Assembly (NCBI GenBank): GCA_050015635.1
Contig: JBEKBA010000004.1
Span: forward strand, 1 to 59,075
Direction: 5' to 3'
DNA: 59,075 nt
DNA from: Verrucomicrobiota bacterium
GTDB taxonomy: Bacteria > Verrucomicrobiota > Verrucomicrobiia > Limisphaerales > UBA11358
Shown here: positions 30,316 through 41,643 of the stretch, in pieces
How positions within the stretch are numbered: the stretch's first letter is position 1
Layout: each line of letters begins with the position of its first letter
Notes under the pieces: generated by a model
The model's database searches: none
What the model was told of the DNA's origin: nothing
The model's input: only the letters and a program-made list of their open reading frames with translations
Position numbers and translations under genes: made by a program

Positions 30316-31195
30316 ACCGCTGGTCATCGAGCGGACTTTTAATGCGCCTGCGGCGCTGGTTTGGAAGGCCATCACGGACGTGGATGACATGAGGCGCTGG
30401 TATTTCGATTTGAAGCAATTCAAGCCGGAAGCGGGCTTTGAATTTCAGTTCGTCGTCAAGCACGAAGGCAACGTGCATGACCATCGCTGCAAAATCACCG
30501 GCGTGATTCCGCAAAAGAAAATCGCCTACACCTGGCGCTATGAAGGGCATGAAGGTGATTCGCTGGTCACGTTTGAATTGTTTGCCGAAGGAGACAAAAC
30601 AAGGTTGAAGCTGACGCATGAAGGTTTGGAAACATTTCCGAAACTTCCAGCGTATGCGCGCAAGAATTTCGCGCAAGGCTGGACATCGCTCATCGGTTCG
30701 TCCCTCAAAGACTTTGTGGAAAACGTAGACCGGGAAATCGTCATCACGCGTGTGTTCGATGCGCCGCGCGAGCTTGTGTGGCAGGCAATGACCGATTCGC
30801 AGCACGTGATTCATTGGTGGGGGCCGCGCGGTTTCACAACGACGATTGAGGAAATGGACGTGCGGCCGGGCGGCGTTTGGAAACACGTCATGCACGGCCC
30901 GGATGGCGCGAATTATCCGAACAAAAGTGTTTTCAAGGAAGTCGTGAAACCGGAGCGGATCGTCTTTTCCCACGGTGGCGAACGCGAGGGCGGTCCCGGC
31001 GCTCATTTTGAAGCGACCTGGACCTTTGACGTCGTGGACACCGGCAAAACCAGGGTGACCATCCGCATGGTCTTCCCGTCGGCGGCGGATCGTGACTTTG
31101 TGGTCAGGGAATTTGGCGCCATCGAGGGCGGCAAACAAACCCTTGAACGGCTGGCGGAGCATTTGCCGAAGATGAAACCCGCCCTGCCCGCTTGA
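30290..31195 (+). CDS. Tandem double SRPBCC domain protein
   Basis: Two domains: IERTFNAP..VWKAIT...FAQGW and ITRVFDAPRELVW...WWGPRGF. Confidence 0.9.
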   Translation: MTSKNNPTEPLVIERTFNAPAALVWKAITDVDDMRRWYFDLKQFKPEAGFEFQFVVKHEGNVHDHRCKITGVIPQKKIAYTWRYEGHEGDSLVTFELFAEGDKTRLKLTHEGLETFPKLPAYARKNFAQGWTSLIGSSLKDFVENVDREIVITRVFDAPRELVWQAMTDSQHVIHWWGPRGFTTTIEEMDVRPGGVWKHVMHGPDGANYPNKSVFKEVVKPERIVFSHGGEREGGPGAHFEATWTFDVVDTGKTRVTIRMVFPSAADRDFVVREFGAIEGGKQTLERLAEHLPKMKPALPA

Positions 31196-31266
31196 GATTC
31201 TCCCCGACCCGCGTTAGTCTCTCCGGCGTTGGAATGAATTCACGTTCCGGCCATTGAAAGGAAATT

Positions 31267-31692
31267 ATGAAACGCAAAGCATCGGCAGTCTGGCGCGGCG
31301 GTTTGAAGGACGGCAAAGGCAGCATCTCGACCGGGAGTGGTGTGCTCAATGAGACGCAATACTCCTTCAGCACGCGCTTCGAAAACGGCATCGGCACGAA
31401 TCCGGAGGAATTGATCGCGGCGGCGCACGCGGGCTGCTTCTCGATGGCGTTCTCGGCGGAACTCGGCAAGGCCGGTTTCACGCCCGCATCCATCCACACC
31501 ACGGCAACCATCACGTTGGAAAAGACTGATGCGGGTTTTACCGTCACGGAATCGCATCTGGACATGACGGCAAAAATTCCCGGTATTGATGAGGCGAAGT
31601 TCATCGCTATCGCGAACGGAGCCAAGGCCGGTTGCCCCATTTCCCGCCTGCTCAATACAAAAATTATTCTGGACGCGAAGCTGGAAGCGTGA
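31267..31692 (+). CDS. osmC: OsmC family peroxiredoxin
   Basis: GTNPEELIAAAHAGCFSM and AKAGCPIS. Confidence 0.93.
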   Translation: MKRKASAVWRGGLKDGKGSISTGSGVLNETQYSFSTRFENGIGTNPEELIAAAHAGCFSMAFSAELGKAGFTPASIHTTATITLEKTDAGFTVTESHLDMTAKIPGIDEAKFIAIANGAKAGCPISRLLNTKIILDAKLEA

Positions 31693-31698
31693 GCGGCA

Positions 31699-31973
31699 GG
31701 TAGGGACAGCGCGCCCCGGCCGCCATAGCGGAACGCGCGACGGCGACTGCGCTGTCCGTAATTGGGTTTGGTGGCCGTCCGCAAGGACCTTGGCGTCTTG
31801 GCGGTTACATCAGGGTCTTGGCCGCAGTGCTGCCGCTCAGCCCTAGCCACTTGTCGCGCCGTAGCTTTCAAGCGAAGGCAGATCAGGCGAAGGGGGATGC
31901 CGTAAGCTCCGTCAGGAGCGAAATCTTTGTAGAAAAAACGCGCCGTAAAATTCCCCGGCCCCATCAGGGGCGA
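31699..31973. repeat. Mosaic of REP-like palindromic elements
   Basis: GGACAGCGC...GCGCTGTCC hairpin (31705-31757), CTTGGCGTCTTGGCGGTTA, CCGTAGCTTTCAAGCGAAGGC and GCTCCGTCAGGAGC...GCCCCATCAGGGGC. Confidence 0.6.
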
Positions 31974-32017
31974 CCCCCTCCGGTAGTGCCTTACAAAACA
32001 TTGATACAAAAACCAAT

Positions 32018-32173
32018 ATGAGCAGACCGCAAAAAATCATTCCGCCCATCAAGGGCGGCTTCAATGAGATTCTCACCGCCGTTGCATTAGGCAAAGGAAG
32101 GGCGAAACAAGTTGCGCCTAAGGTTGGTGAAAAAGTGGGGGCAGTTCGTAAAAAAAAGACCGGAAAATCTTAA
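32018..32173 (+). CDS. Small basic protein following the transposase remnant
   Basis: MSRPQKIIPPIKGGFNEILTAVALGKG... 51 aa; ATGA overlap with the remnant stop. Confidence 0.5.
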   Translation: MSRPQKIIPPIKGGFNEILTAVALGKGRAKQVAPKVGEKVGAVRKKKTGKS

Positions 32174-32272
32174 AATCGTCGATTTTGTTGGTATTTTAGG
32201 GGTTGATTTTTAAGGATTACGGCGCACAATGCCGCATGTCGGCCTTGAGTTTTTATATGCATAAGGCATATT

Positions 32273-32623
32273 TTGGATATGGAAATACCAAAACCTGCAC
32301 CAAATCTTGCGGCTAAACCGGCGGCCAATCCGGTTCCCAAGTTTATTGCTCCTCAAATGGCTGGCTTCCCGTTGGCTGCGCTCATGCAACAACAAATGAT
32401 GCCGTCGTTTTATGCCAACGGATTTGAGATATCCGTATCCGGGGCCGATGTGTGTATTAAACTGTCTCAAAACAACAGACAGATTTGCACGCTCAATCTC
32501 TCATTCATTACCGCAAAGGGTTTGGGCGCCGGTTTATCTGGTGTCATTAAGGAATTTGAAGAAAGAACCCAAAACAAGGTTCCATCATTTGAAGAAGTGA
32601 TGAAAGCTATGGAGGCTCAATAA
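32273..32623 (+). CDS. Hypothetical protein, DUF3467-like
   Basis: Low-complexity N-terminus, then FYANGF.....DV.I...AK.L...L...IKEFE pattern. Confidence 0.65.
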   Translation: MDMEIPKPAPNLAAKPAANPVPKFIAPQMAGFPLAALMQQQMMPSFYANGFEISVSGADVCIKLSQNNRQICTLNLSFITAKGLGAGLSGVIKEFEERTQNKVPSFEEVMKAMEAQ

Positions 32624-32625
32624 AT

Positions 32626-33432
32626 ATGAATACGGATTCTATTAAATCCGCCATGTTGATGGAGATTTTCAATTTATTAAGTGCCAATAACACCGACGAA
32701 AAGATTTTAGATTTTGCGGATGTAACGCCGGGTTGGCATTTTGGGGAGGGAGCCACAATATCCGCTGCCGCAATCCGGGACGCTACAAAACTTCATGAAG
32801 CTTTTCTTTTGAATGGTTTTTATGAAACTGACGCATTTCCAGGACTTGCGGGGGAAATCCGTGTAACCGCATATCACGAAAATCAATATTTTGAATTTAC
32901 CAGAGAGATGAACGGGGGATGGTCTTATATTTGTGAGATAGATGGTGCTGTTGAAGAAGAACTCGAAAACCTCTCATTGGAACAGGTGCAAGGCATTATA
33001 AAAACAGCCTCTAATAACTTATGGAATATATACGATATTTCCCTAGGCAACATTGGGATTCAAGGCTCGGAAGATTTCAAAGTCTCGCCTTTAGACCATC
33101 AGACGACGGAGGAATTTCGGTCGTGGAACAGCCTTGCGCCACAGCCGGGCATTCACTATGTGAGCACCTCAGGATATTTTATCCCTCCGCAGGCGAGCCG
33201 CCAATTTTTTGGAGGTTCTCAGACGCCATATTACCAAACACCACATCAATCGTTGAATCGCCGAGTGATACAGGCGACACATGCCATAGGGACATCATCA
33301 ATATCTCCAACAAAGATTCCTCGAATATATTCAAAAAGTTCTGTGCTCAACCCGATGATATCGAAATCTGCGTGGGAAACGAGTCAAGACGCTTCAGCCC
33401 TTCAGACATGTCTACGGTTTGAGGCGGATTAA
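32626..33432 (+). CDS. Hypothetical protein, candidate antitoxin; acidic globular N-half and S/T/P/Q-rich C-half
   Basis: Starts 2 nt after the previous stop; GWHFGEG and AFP...GEI motifs. Confidence 0.7.
   Translation: MNTDSIKSAMLMEIFNLLSANNTDEKILDFADVTPGWHFGEGATISAAAIRDATKLHEAFLLNGFYETDAFPGLAGEIRVTAYHENQYFEFTREMNGGWSYICEIDGAVEEELENLSLEQVQGIIKTASNNLWNIYDISLGNIGIQGSEDFKVSPLDHQTTEEFRSWNSLAPQPGIHYVSTSGYFIPPQASRQFFGGSQTPYYQTPHQSLNRRVIQATHAIGTSSISPTKIPRIYSKSSVLNPMISKSAWETSQDASALQTCLRFEAD
33021..33422 (+). CDS. Nested alternative-frame ORF, candidate ADP-ribosyltransferase-fold toxin
   Basis: YIR...SLAFRPS.DGGISV...H.DI pattern; 133 aa open in AT-rich DNA. Confidence 0.6.
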   Translation: MEYIRYFPRQHWDSRLGRFQSLAFRPSDDGGISVVEQPCATAGHSLCEHLRIFYPSAGEPPIFWRFSDAILPNTTSIVESPSDTGDTCHRDIINISNKDSSNIFKKFCAQPDDIEICVGNESRRFSPSDMSTV

Positions 33433-33549
33433 GTTAGTATTCGGTCACAACCTGTTGATTTTCGGCTTCTTTCAGCCTCTTTCGGTCTTTTTCAGGGTAA
33501 CATTGCATATAAATCCCCAAATTATGCCACCACCCCGCCTCCGGGTCAG

Positions 33550-33578
33550 TTGACGCGCGTTGACGGAAATTCTATTCT
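33550..33578 (+). promoter_or_regulatory. Putative leaderless sigma70 promoter of pgl
   Basis: TTGACG-N17-TATTCT-N6-ATG. Confidence 0.7.
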
Positions 33579-33584
33579 CCGCGC

Positions 33585-34715
33585 ATGAATCCTGGACGTC
33601 TTGTCGTCGCCGTCATCGCCGTGTTCGTCGGAGCCGCCGCAATCAATTCCGCCGGCGAATCTTTGGTTTATTTCGGCACCTATACCGGCGCGAAGAGCCA
33701 GGGAATTTACGTATCCCGATTTGACCCGGCGACCGGAGGATTGAGCGCGCCGGAACTTGCCGCCACGACCCGAAACCCGACCTTCCTCGCCGTCCATCCC
33801 GGCGGGCGTTGCCTTTACGCCGTCAATGAAGTGGGCGACGCCGGCACCGTGAGCGCCTTCGCGATTGATGCCGAAACCGGCAAACTGACTCTGCTGAACC
33901 GGCAGGGTTCCGGTGGCGGCGGGCCATGCCATCTCTCCGTGGACGCTACCGGCAGGTGCCTCCTCGTCGCGAACTACAACTCCGGCAGCATCGCCGCGCT
34001 GCCCATTCATGCCGACGGCAGCCTGGGTGAAGCGACGACCACCATCCAGCACACCGGTTCCAGCGTGAATCCCGCGCGCCAGACCGGGCCGCACGCGCAT
34101 TTCATCTGTCCCTCGCCCGATGACCGCTTTGCGCTCAATTGCGACCTCGGCCTGGACAAGGTGTTCGTCTATCGCCTCGACGCCGATGCCGCCCGACTGT
34201 CGCCGGGCGACCCGCCGTTCGCGACCGTTGCGCCCGGCTCCGGCCCGCGCCATCTGACTTTTTCCCCCGACGGCAGATTCGTTTATGTCATCAACGAAAT
34301 GGGCGGCACGATCAATGTGTTCAGCTACAACGCCGCGAACGCGGCGTTGACCGGAGTGCAGACCATTTCCACGCTGCCTGCGGATTTTTCCGGGAAAAAC
34401 ACCGCCGCCGAAATTGCCCTGACTCCATCGGGAAAATTCCTTTACGCCTCGAATCGCGGGGACGACAGCCTCGCCGTATTCGCGGTGGATCGGAAATCCG
34501 GCAGACTCACACTGGTCGAACATCAATCCACGCAAGGCCGCACGCCGCGCCACTTCGTCATTGACCCGACCGGACACTGGCTGCTCGCGGAAAATCAGGC
34601 GTCTGATTCGGTCGTCGTGTTCGCCCTGGATCCCGATACCGGTAGGTTGAAACCGACCGGACAAACCGTTGCCATCGGCGCGCCAGTATGCGCCGTTTTT
34701 GTGGATGAAAAGTAA
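33585..34715 (+). CDS. Lactonase family 7-bladed beta-propeller (6-phosphogluconolactonase-like), with signal peptide
   Basis: YFGTYT, GPCH, VANY, PHAH, DLGLD, GSGPRH, YASNRG and TPRHF. Confidence 0.92.
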   Translation: MNPGRLVVAVIAVFVGAAAINSAGESLVYFGTYTGAKSQGIYVSRFDPATGGLSAPELAATTRNPTFLAVHPGGRCLYAVNEVGDAGTVSAFAIDAETGKLTLLNRQGSGGGGPCHLSVDATGRCLLVANYNSGSIAALPIHADGSLGEATTTIQHTGSSVNPARQTGPHAHFICPSPDDRFALNCDLGLDKVFVYRLDADAARLSPGDPPFATVAPGSGPRHLTFSPDGRFVYVINEMGGTINVFSYNAANAALTGVQTISTLPADFSGKNTAAEIALTPSGKFLYASNRGDDSLAVFAVDRKSGRLTLVEHQSTQGRTPRHFVIDPTGHWLLAENQASDSVVVFALDPDTGRLKPTGQTVAIGAPVCAVFVDEK

Positions 34716-34769
34716 AAAGGCCTCGCACTGGCGCAAACTTCGGCGACACAAAGATTTCGCCCGCTCTTT

Positions 34770-36311
34770 TTAATTCGCCGGCGTGAATTTGTAGAGTTCA
34801 ACGCTGTGAGCGGCAACTGTCACTTTGAAGGGTTCGCCGTATGCGCCAGCCATATCCGGCAAATCCTGTTGCCGCCACAAGTCGCGCACGTGATCACGTC
34901 CGCCGACGCCGATGTAAGCGAGTTTGTTGAATTCAATGCTTTCGGAAACGGAACCGCGATTGAAGAACGCAACGGCTTTTCCGCCGTCTTCCAATTCCTT
35001 CAAATAAACATCAATCGAACCAACGGTCGCCACGCGGACGGCCTGTTTGCCGAGGGCGTCCTGATCAATCGCCAGCACTTCATCGTTGGAAAGCAAATTC
35101 AGTGTGAACGGATCGAGCCGTTCCAAATCGCAGCCGATGAGCAGCGGCGCGGACAACATGCACCACATGGTGATGTGCGTGTATTGTTCATCCGGTGTGA
35201 GGTGCGAGGGATGGGGATTTCCCCAACCAACGTCGCCGACGACGAGCATGTCAGGATCGTTCCAATGTCCCGGCCCGGCGAATGGCGCCCAGCGGTCTTG
35301 TGAGAAGCCGATTTCCGAAACGGTAAATTGATAGCGTTGCCCGTGCTCCGACCAACTGTCGAAAATGTCGCCGGTCGTGCGCCAGCAATTCGCCCAGCGC
35401 GCCCAGTCAACCGCGTGATTGAATGGCGCATTGTTCGACAAACTGAAAACGAGGTCGCGTCCTGATTTTCGCAGTGCCTGGCTCATGGCTTTCGTGTGTG
35501 GAACGTCCAGTGGGTCCCAATCGTATTTCAAATAATCGAAACCCCAGGCGGCGTATTGTTTCGCGTCCGCATCAATAAAATTATATTTTCCAAAACGTTT
35601 TGCGTCCTGAAGGGCTTTCGTCCACGCACCTTCAGGGTTGTCGCTCGATTCGCCGGGATAACGGCCGTAAGAAGAAATCCATGGCGTCGAATAAATGCCC
35701 GCCTTCAATCCGAGTCCATGAATCTCATCGCACAGTCCTTTCATGTCGGGAAATCTTTCGTTGCCCTGCAACGCGTGGTCTGCGCCGGTGCGTTGTCCCT
35801 GCCACGTGTCGTCAATGTTGATGTAAGTCCAGCCATGATTGATGAGGCCGGATGTGACCATCGCACGCGCCGAGCGCAACACCTTGTCGGCGCTTACCGT
35901 CCACGCCCAGCAATTCCAACTGTTCCAGCCCATCGGCGGCGTCAGCGCAATTTTTTCGCCGACGACGATGCGAAATTTTTTCTGGTCTTCACCTTTCGCA
36001 TTTTTCACATGAAAAACGACGGCGTATTCACGTTTCGATTCAAGCGAGCCGGTGATTTGACCGTTGGTTGAATTCAAACTCAAACCGTCCGGCAGGTTTT
36101 CGACGCTGAACGTCATCGGGCGGTCGCCGGTCGCCGGAATCGTATAAACAAACGGCGAATCGGGCCGAACGCCGAAAATCGTCGGGCCGTTGATGCGCGG
36201 TGTGGCCGGCGCGGGCGGCGTGCGGATGAACGCAGAATAATCCGGTGCGTCCGCGGCCCGGAGGTTAAGGGACGCCAATAATAGCAGGACGGAAAGCAAT
36301 CGTGAGTTCAT
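34770..36311 (-). CDS. GH27 alpha-galactosidase with N-terminal Ig-like domain
   Basis: TPPMGWNSWN, NIDDTWQ, DYLKYDW, WRTTGDI and WNDPDML. Confidence 0.92.
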   Translation of the reverse strand: MNSRLLSVLLLLASLNLRAADAPDYSAFIRTPPAPATPRINGPTIFGVRPDSPFVYTIPATGDRPMTFSVENLPDGLSLNSTNGQITGSLESKREYAVVFHVKNAKGEDQKKFRIVVGEKIALTPPMGWNSWNCWAWTVSADKVLRSARAMVTSGLINHGWTYINIDDTWQGQRTGADHALQGNERFPDMKGLCDEIHGLGLKAGIYSTPWISSYGRYPGESSDNPEGAWTKALQDAKRFGKYNFIDADAKQYAAWGFDYLKYDWDPLDVPHTKAMSQALRKSGRDLVFSLSNNAPFNHAVDWARWANCWRTTGDIFDSWSEHGQRYQFTVSEIGFSQDRWAPFAGPGHWNDPDMLVVGDVGWGNPHPSHLTPDEQYTHITMWCMLSAPLLIGCDLERLDPFTLNLLSNDEVLAIDQDALGKQAVRVATVGSIDVYLKELEDGGKAVAFFNRGSVSESIEFNKLAYIGVGGRDHVRDLWRQQDLPDMAGAYGEPFKVTVAAHSVELYKFTPAN

Positions 36312-36380
36312 GCGCACGAGTGAAATCTCCAGGCGCCGCGAAGTCAAGCATCAGGCAAAAAATTTGCTGCGGTGCATGGC

Positions 36381-36409
36381 TTGACGCCGCCACGCGTTCG
36401 TTCTAGCTT
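36381..36409 (+). promoter_or_regulatory. Putative sigma70 promoter of the TPP riboswitch-thiC unit
   Basis: TTGACG-N17-TAGCTT. Confidence 0.65.
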
Positions 36410-36413
36410 TCAA

Positions 36414-38549
<2,136 letters not shown>

Positions 38550-38933
38550 CTTGCGGATGAGCAAGCTAACTCTTCAACAACTCGATACTGGTAACTCGTC
38601 AGAAATGAAACGTACAATGCGTGGAAGAAAATTCGACTCGGCGACCCAATTATTTTTCCTCCCGCTTCACCAGCACGCGCTCGATGCGGTGGTCGGGTAG
38701 ATTATTGATTTTAATTGTCATAAATCCCACACTCCGGCGGTCTAAACAGGCATGGCCTTCAACCTCTGAATCGGACGAAGTCCTTGTAACGAAAGGCGCG
38801 GTGCGGCGGCATCAATCATGGATTTTCAATCTCGTGTTGCGCATGATCTGGCTAAAGCCGTTTATGCTTGAGTAGCCAGTAAAATCAGGCGCTATTTGTG
38901 GAGCAAAAACAGGCTAGAACAGGCAAATACAAC

Positions 38934-39338
38934 TCACGGTTGGCTAGTGATTTTCTGCCAACTTACACCTTGCGCACCGGCGTAAATCGCAAAGGCTTTT
39001 TCATTTTGAATCAGCACGGCGCGAACCACGCTCGAATCATCCGCGCGACCGAGTTCCAGAACGTTTTCGGGAATAATGCCCATCTTTTTGTGCGCGTAGA
39101 GGAGTGCGAACACCGCCTGCGCGAGCGCCGCGTACGGCATTTCCTTGTAAGCGCCTTCTACCGCGTCCTCAACCGCGTCGGCGAGAAATTCAAGCTGGTC
39201 CACAAGGTGTGGAAATTTCGGCGCGTTGATCTGGGTGAACTCAAGTTTCCATTGCGGCAATTGGCGCAAAACTTTTTCTGCGACGGCCGGTGTGATGCTC
39301 ATAGAGCCGTTGTTGACGAACTTCGCGATTTCGGACAT
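38934..39338 (-). CDS. YkvA/DUF1232-like hypothetical protein
   Basis: FALLY....IIPE...LGRADD pattern; TACATT-N6-ATG. Confidence 0.7.
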   Translation of the reverse strand: MSEIAKFVNNGSMSITPAVAEKVLRQLPQWKLEFTQINAPKFPHLVDQLEFLADAVEDAVEGAYKEMPYAALAQAVFALLYAHKKMGIIPENVLELGRADDSSVVRAVLIQNEKAFAIYAGAQGVSWQKITSQP

Positions 39339-39432
39339 GTCCGTAATGTAGAAAAACCGCTGCGCCAGCGAAAGTGAAATCGTTGTTACAAACGCGCTTT
39401 CATTCGTCCGGTTTCTTGCTAGAAATACGTCC

Positions 39433-40308
39433 GTGCAAGATTTAATCGCCAAAGCCGAGACATTGCTCGAAGCGCTGCCTTACATCCAGAAATTCAGCCG
39501 CGCGACCTTCGTCGTCAAATACGGCGGTAGTTTCATGGATTCGCCCGACGCGAACGTCCGCAACGGCGTGGCGCGCGACGTCGTATTTCTCGAAGCCGTC
39601 GGTATCAATCCCGTCGTTGTTCACGGCGGCGGCAAAGCCATCACACGGGCAATGGAAGCCGCCGGTCTCCAGACAAATTTCATCCAAGGTCAGCGTGTTA
39701 CCGACGCTGCAACGGTGGATGTGGTTGATATGGTTTTGTCGCGCGAAATCAATCCTGAAATTGTAAAAACCATCGGCGAACTCGGCGGCAAGGCGCGGGG
39801 ATTTTCCGGTGCGGACATTTTCAAGTGTCGCAAGCTGCTGCTCAAAGGTCCAGCGGGCGAAGACCTTGACCTCGGCTTCGTCGGCGAAGTAACGGCGGTG
39901 AATGTTGATCCGTTGCGCGAATGTATCCGGCGCGGCATCACGCCGGTCATCAGTCCAACAGCGTTGGGCCAAGACGGGAAAATTTACAATTGCAACGCTG
40001 ACATCGCTGCGGCACAGGTGGCCATGGCGCTCAAGGCCAGGCGGCTCGTGTTCATGAGCGACGTGCCGGGACTCTTACGAAACTCTCAAAATCCCGATTC
40101 GGTCGTTCCGCATTTGAAAGCCACCGGAGTGGACGAGCTGAAGAAAGCGGGCATCATTGACAAGGGCATGATACCAAAAGTGGACAGCGCCGTGGCCGCA
40201 ATCAAATCCGGCGTGGAAAAAGTTTCGTTCGTGGATGGACGCGTTCAGCATTCCGTGTTGCTGGAAATTTTCACCGACGAAGGTATCGGCACAGAAATTG
40301 TTTTATGA
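39433..40308 (+). CDS. argB: Acetylglutamate kinase
   Basis: VVKYGG, VVHGGG, YNCNAD and GMIPKV. Confidence 0.95.
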   Translation: MQDLIAKAETLLEALPYIQKFSRATFVVKYGGSFMDSPDANVRNGVARDVVFLEAVGINPVVVHGGGKAITRAMEAAGLQTNFIQGQRVTDAATVDVVDMVLSREINPEIVKTIGELGGKARGFSGADIFKCRKLLLKGPAGEDLDLGFVGEVTAVNVDPLRECIRRGITPVISPTALGQDGKIYNCNADIAAAQVAMALKARRLVFMSDVPGLLRNSQNPDSVVPHLKATGVDELKKAGIIDKGMIPKVDSAVAAIKSGVEKVSFVDGRVQHSVLLEIFTDEGIGTEIVL

Positions 40309-40346
40309 TTTTTTCACTTAGCGTCTCTGCAGTTTAATTCAGCCCG

Positions 40347-41636
40347 ATGAAAGAAATTTTTCCAACGCTGCCACCGATCGTGCGGAACGAGTTTGAGTCT
40401 GTGCGCGAGCTGTTCAGCAAAAACGTCGTGCCGAGCTACGGACGCTTTGACCTCGTGTTCAAGCGCGGGACAGGCAGCCATCTTTTTGATGTCACGGGGA
40501 AAAAATATCTCGACCTCGGCGGCGGCATCGCGGTTTGCTGCCTCGGTCACGCACATGCAGCCATCACCGAGGCGCTCGTCGAGCAATCAAAAAAATTGAT
40601 TCATGTTTCAAATTTATACTTCACCGAACCGCAGGGCCGCCTCGCTGCCGAACTCGTGAAACGTCTCGGCGTGGGCAAATGCTTTTTCGCCAACAGCGGC
40701 GCGGAAGCCAACGAAGGGCTATTCAAGCTTGCGCGGAAATTCGGCCACGACGAGGGGCGGTTTGAAATTCTGACCGCGATAAATTCATTTCATGGACGCA
40801 CGATGGCCGGCATCGCGGCGACCGGTCAGGACAAAGTTAAAAAAGGTTTCGAGCCGATGATGCCGGGTTTCCGCCATATGCCGTTCAACGATCTGGCCGC
40901 GACGCGCGCGGCAATTTCGCCCGCGACGGTCGCCATCATGATTGAGGGCGTGCAAGGCGAAGGCGGTGTCACGCCTGCCACGCCGGAATACCTGCTCGGC
41001 CTGCGTGTGTTGTGCGACGAGAAAAAGCTGCTGCTGTTCATGGACGGCGTGCAATGCGGACATTACCGCACCGGAAAATTCCAGAGTTTCCAACGCATTC
41101 TCGAAAATGTTCCCGGCGGCGAAAAATTTCTGCCCGATGGTCTTTCAATGGCCAAGTCGCTCGGCGGCGGATTTCCCATCGGCGCATTCTGGGTGCGCGC
41201 ACCGTTTGCCGATTTACTTGGGCCGGGCACGCACGCCTCAACATTTGGCGGCACGCCGCTTGCCTGCGCCGTCGCGCTGAAAATTTTGGAAGTCATCGAA
41301 CGCGAACGGCTTGATGAAAACGCCCGCAAGCTCGGCAACTGGCTGAAAACGGAATTGGAACGGCTCGCCAAAACTTATCCCCACGTCATCAAACACGCGC
41401 GCGGTTTTGGCTTCATGCTCGGACTTGAATTGGTCGAGAAGGAAAAAATTCCGGCGTTCGCCACAAGCGACATGCCGTCGGCGATTCAATTTGTCAACCG
41501 GCTGCATAGGGCAGGTGTTTTAACAATTCCCGCCGGAACACAAATCATCCGCCTGTTGCCGCCGCTGAATTTGAAACCGCAGGAAGCGGGCGAAGGCATT
41601 TCCAAAATCGAGGAAGTCGTCAAATCGCTTGCCTGA
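40347..41636 (+). CDS. argD: Acetylornithine aminotransferase
   Basis: NSGAEANE, SFHGRT, QGEGG and AKSLGGG; arg operon context. Confidence 0.92.
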   Translation: MKEIFPTLPPIVRNEFESVRELFSKNVVPSYGRFDLVFKRGTGSHLFDVTGKKYLDLGGGIAVCCLGHAHAAITEALVEQSKKLIHVSNLYFTEPQGRLAAELVKRLGVGKCFFANSGAEANEGLFKLARKFGHDEGRFEILTAINSFHGRTMAGIAATGQDKVKKGFEPMMPGFRHMPFNDLAATRAAISPATVAIMIEGVQGEGGVTPATPEYLLGLRVLCDEKKLLLFMDGVQCGHYRTGKFQSFQRILENVPGGEKFLPDGLSMAKSLGGGFPIGAFWVRAPFADLLGPGTHASTFGGTPLACAVALKILEVIERERLDENARKLGNWLKTELERLAKTYPHVIKHARGFGFMLGLELVEKEKIPAFATSDMPSAIQFVNRLHRAGVLTIPAGTQIIRLLPPLNLKPQEAGEGISKIEEVVKSLA

Positions 41637-41643
41637 TTTTCGC

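Larger units (their letters stand above)
31982..33534 (+). mobile_element. Non-autonomous IS1595-like cassette (transposase deleted) with passenger genes
   Basis: Ends GGTAGTG / ATTATGCCACCACC (imperfect IR); flanks CCCCCTCC (31974-31981) and CCGCCTCC (33535-33542); residual PYKTLIQKPI* resembles the IS1595 transposase C-terminus. Confidence 0.65.

Noticed and set aside
31104-32009. 301-aa minus-strand ORF
   Set aside because: Antisense to osmC and running through REP-like repeats; no protein signature.
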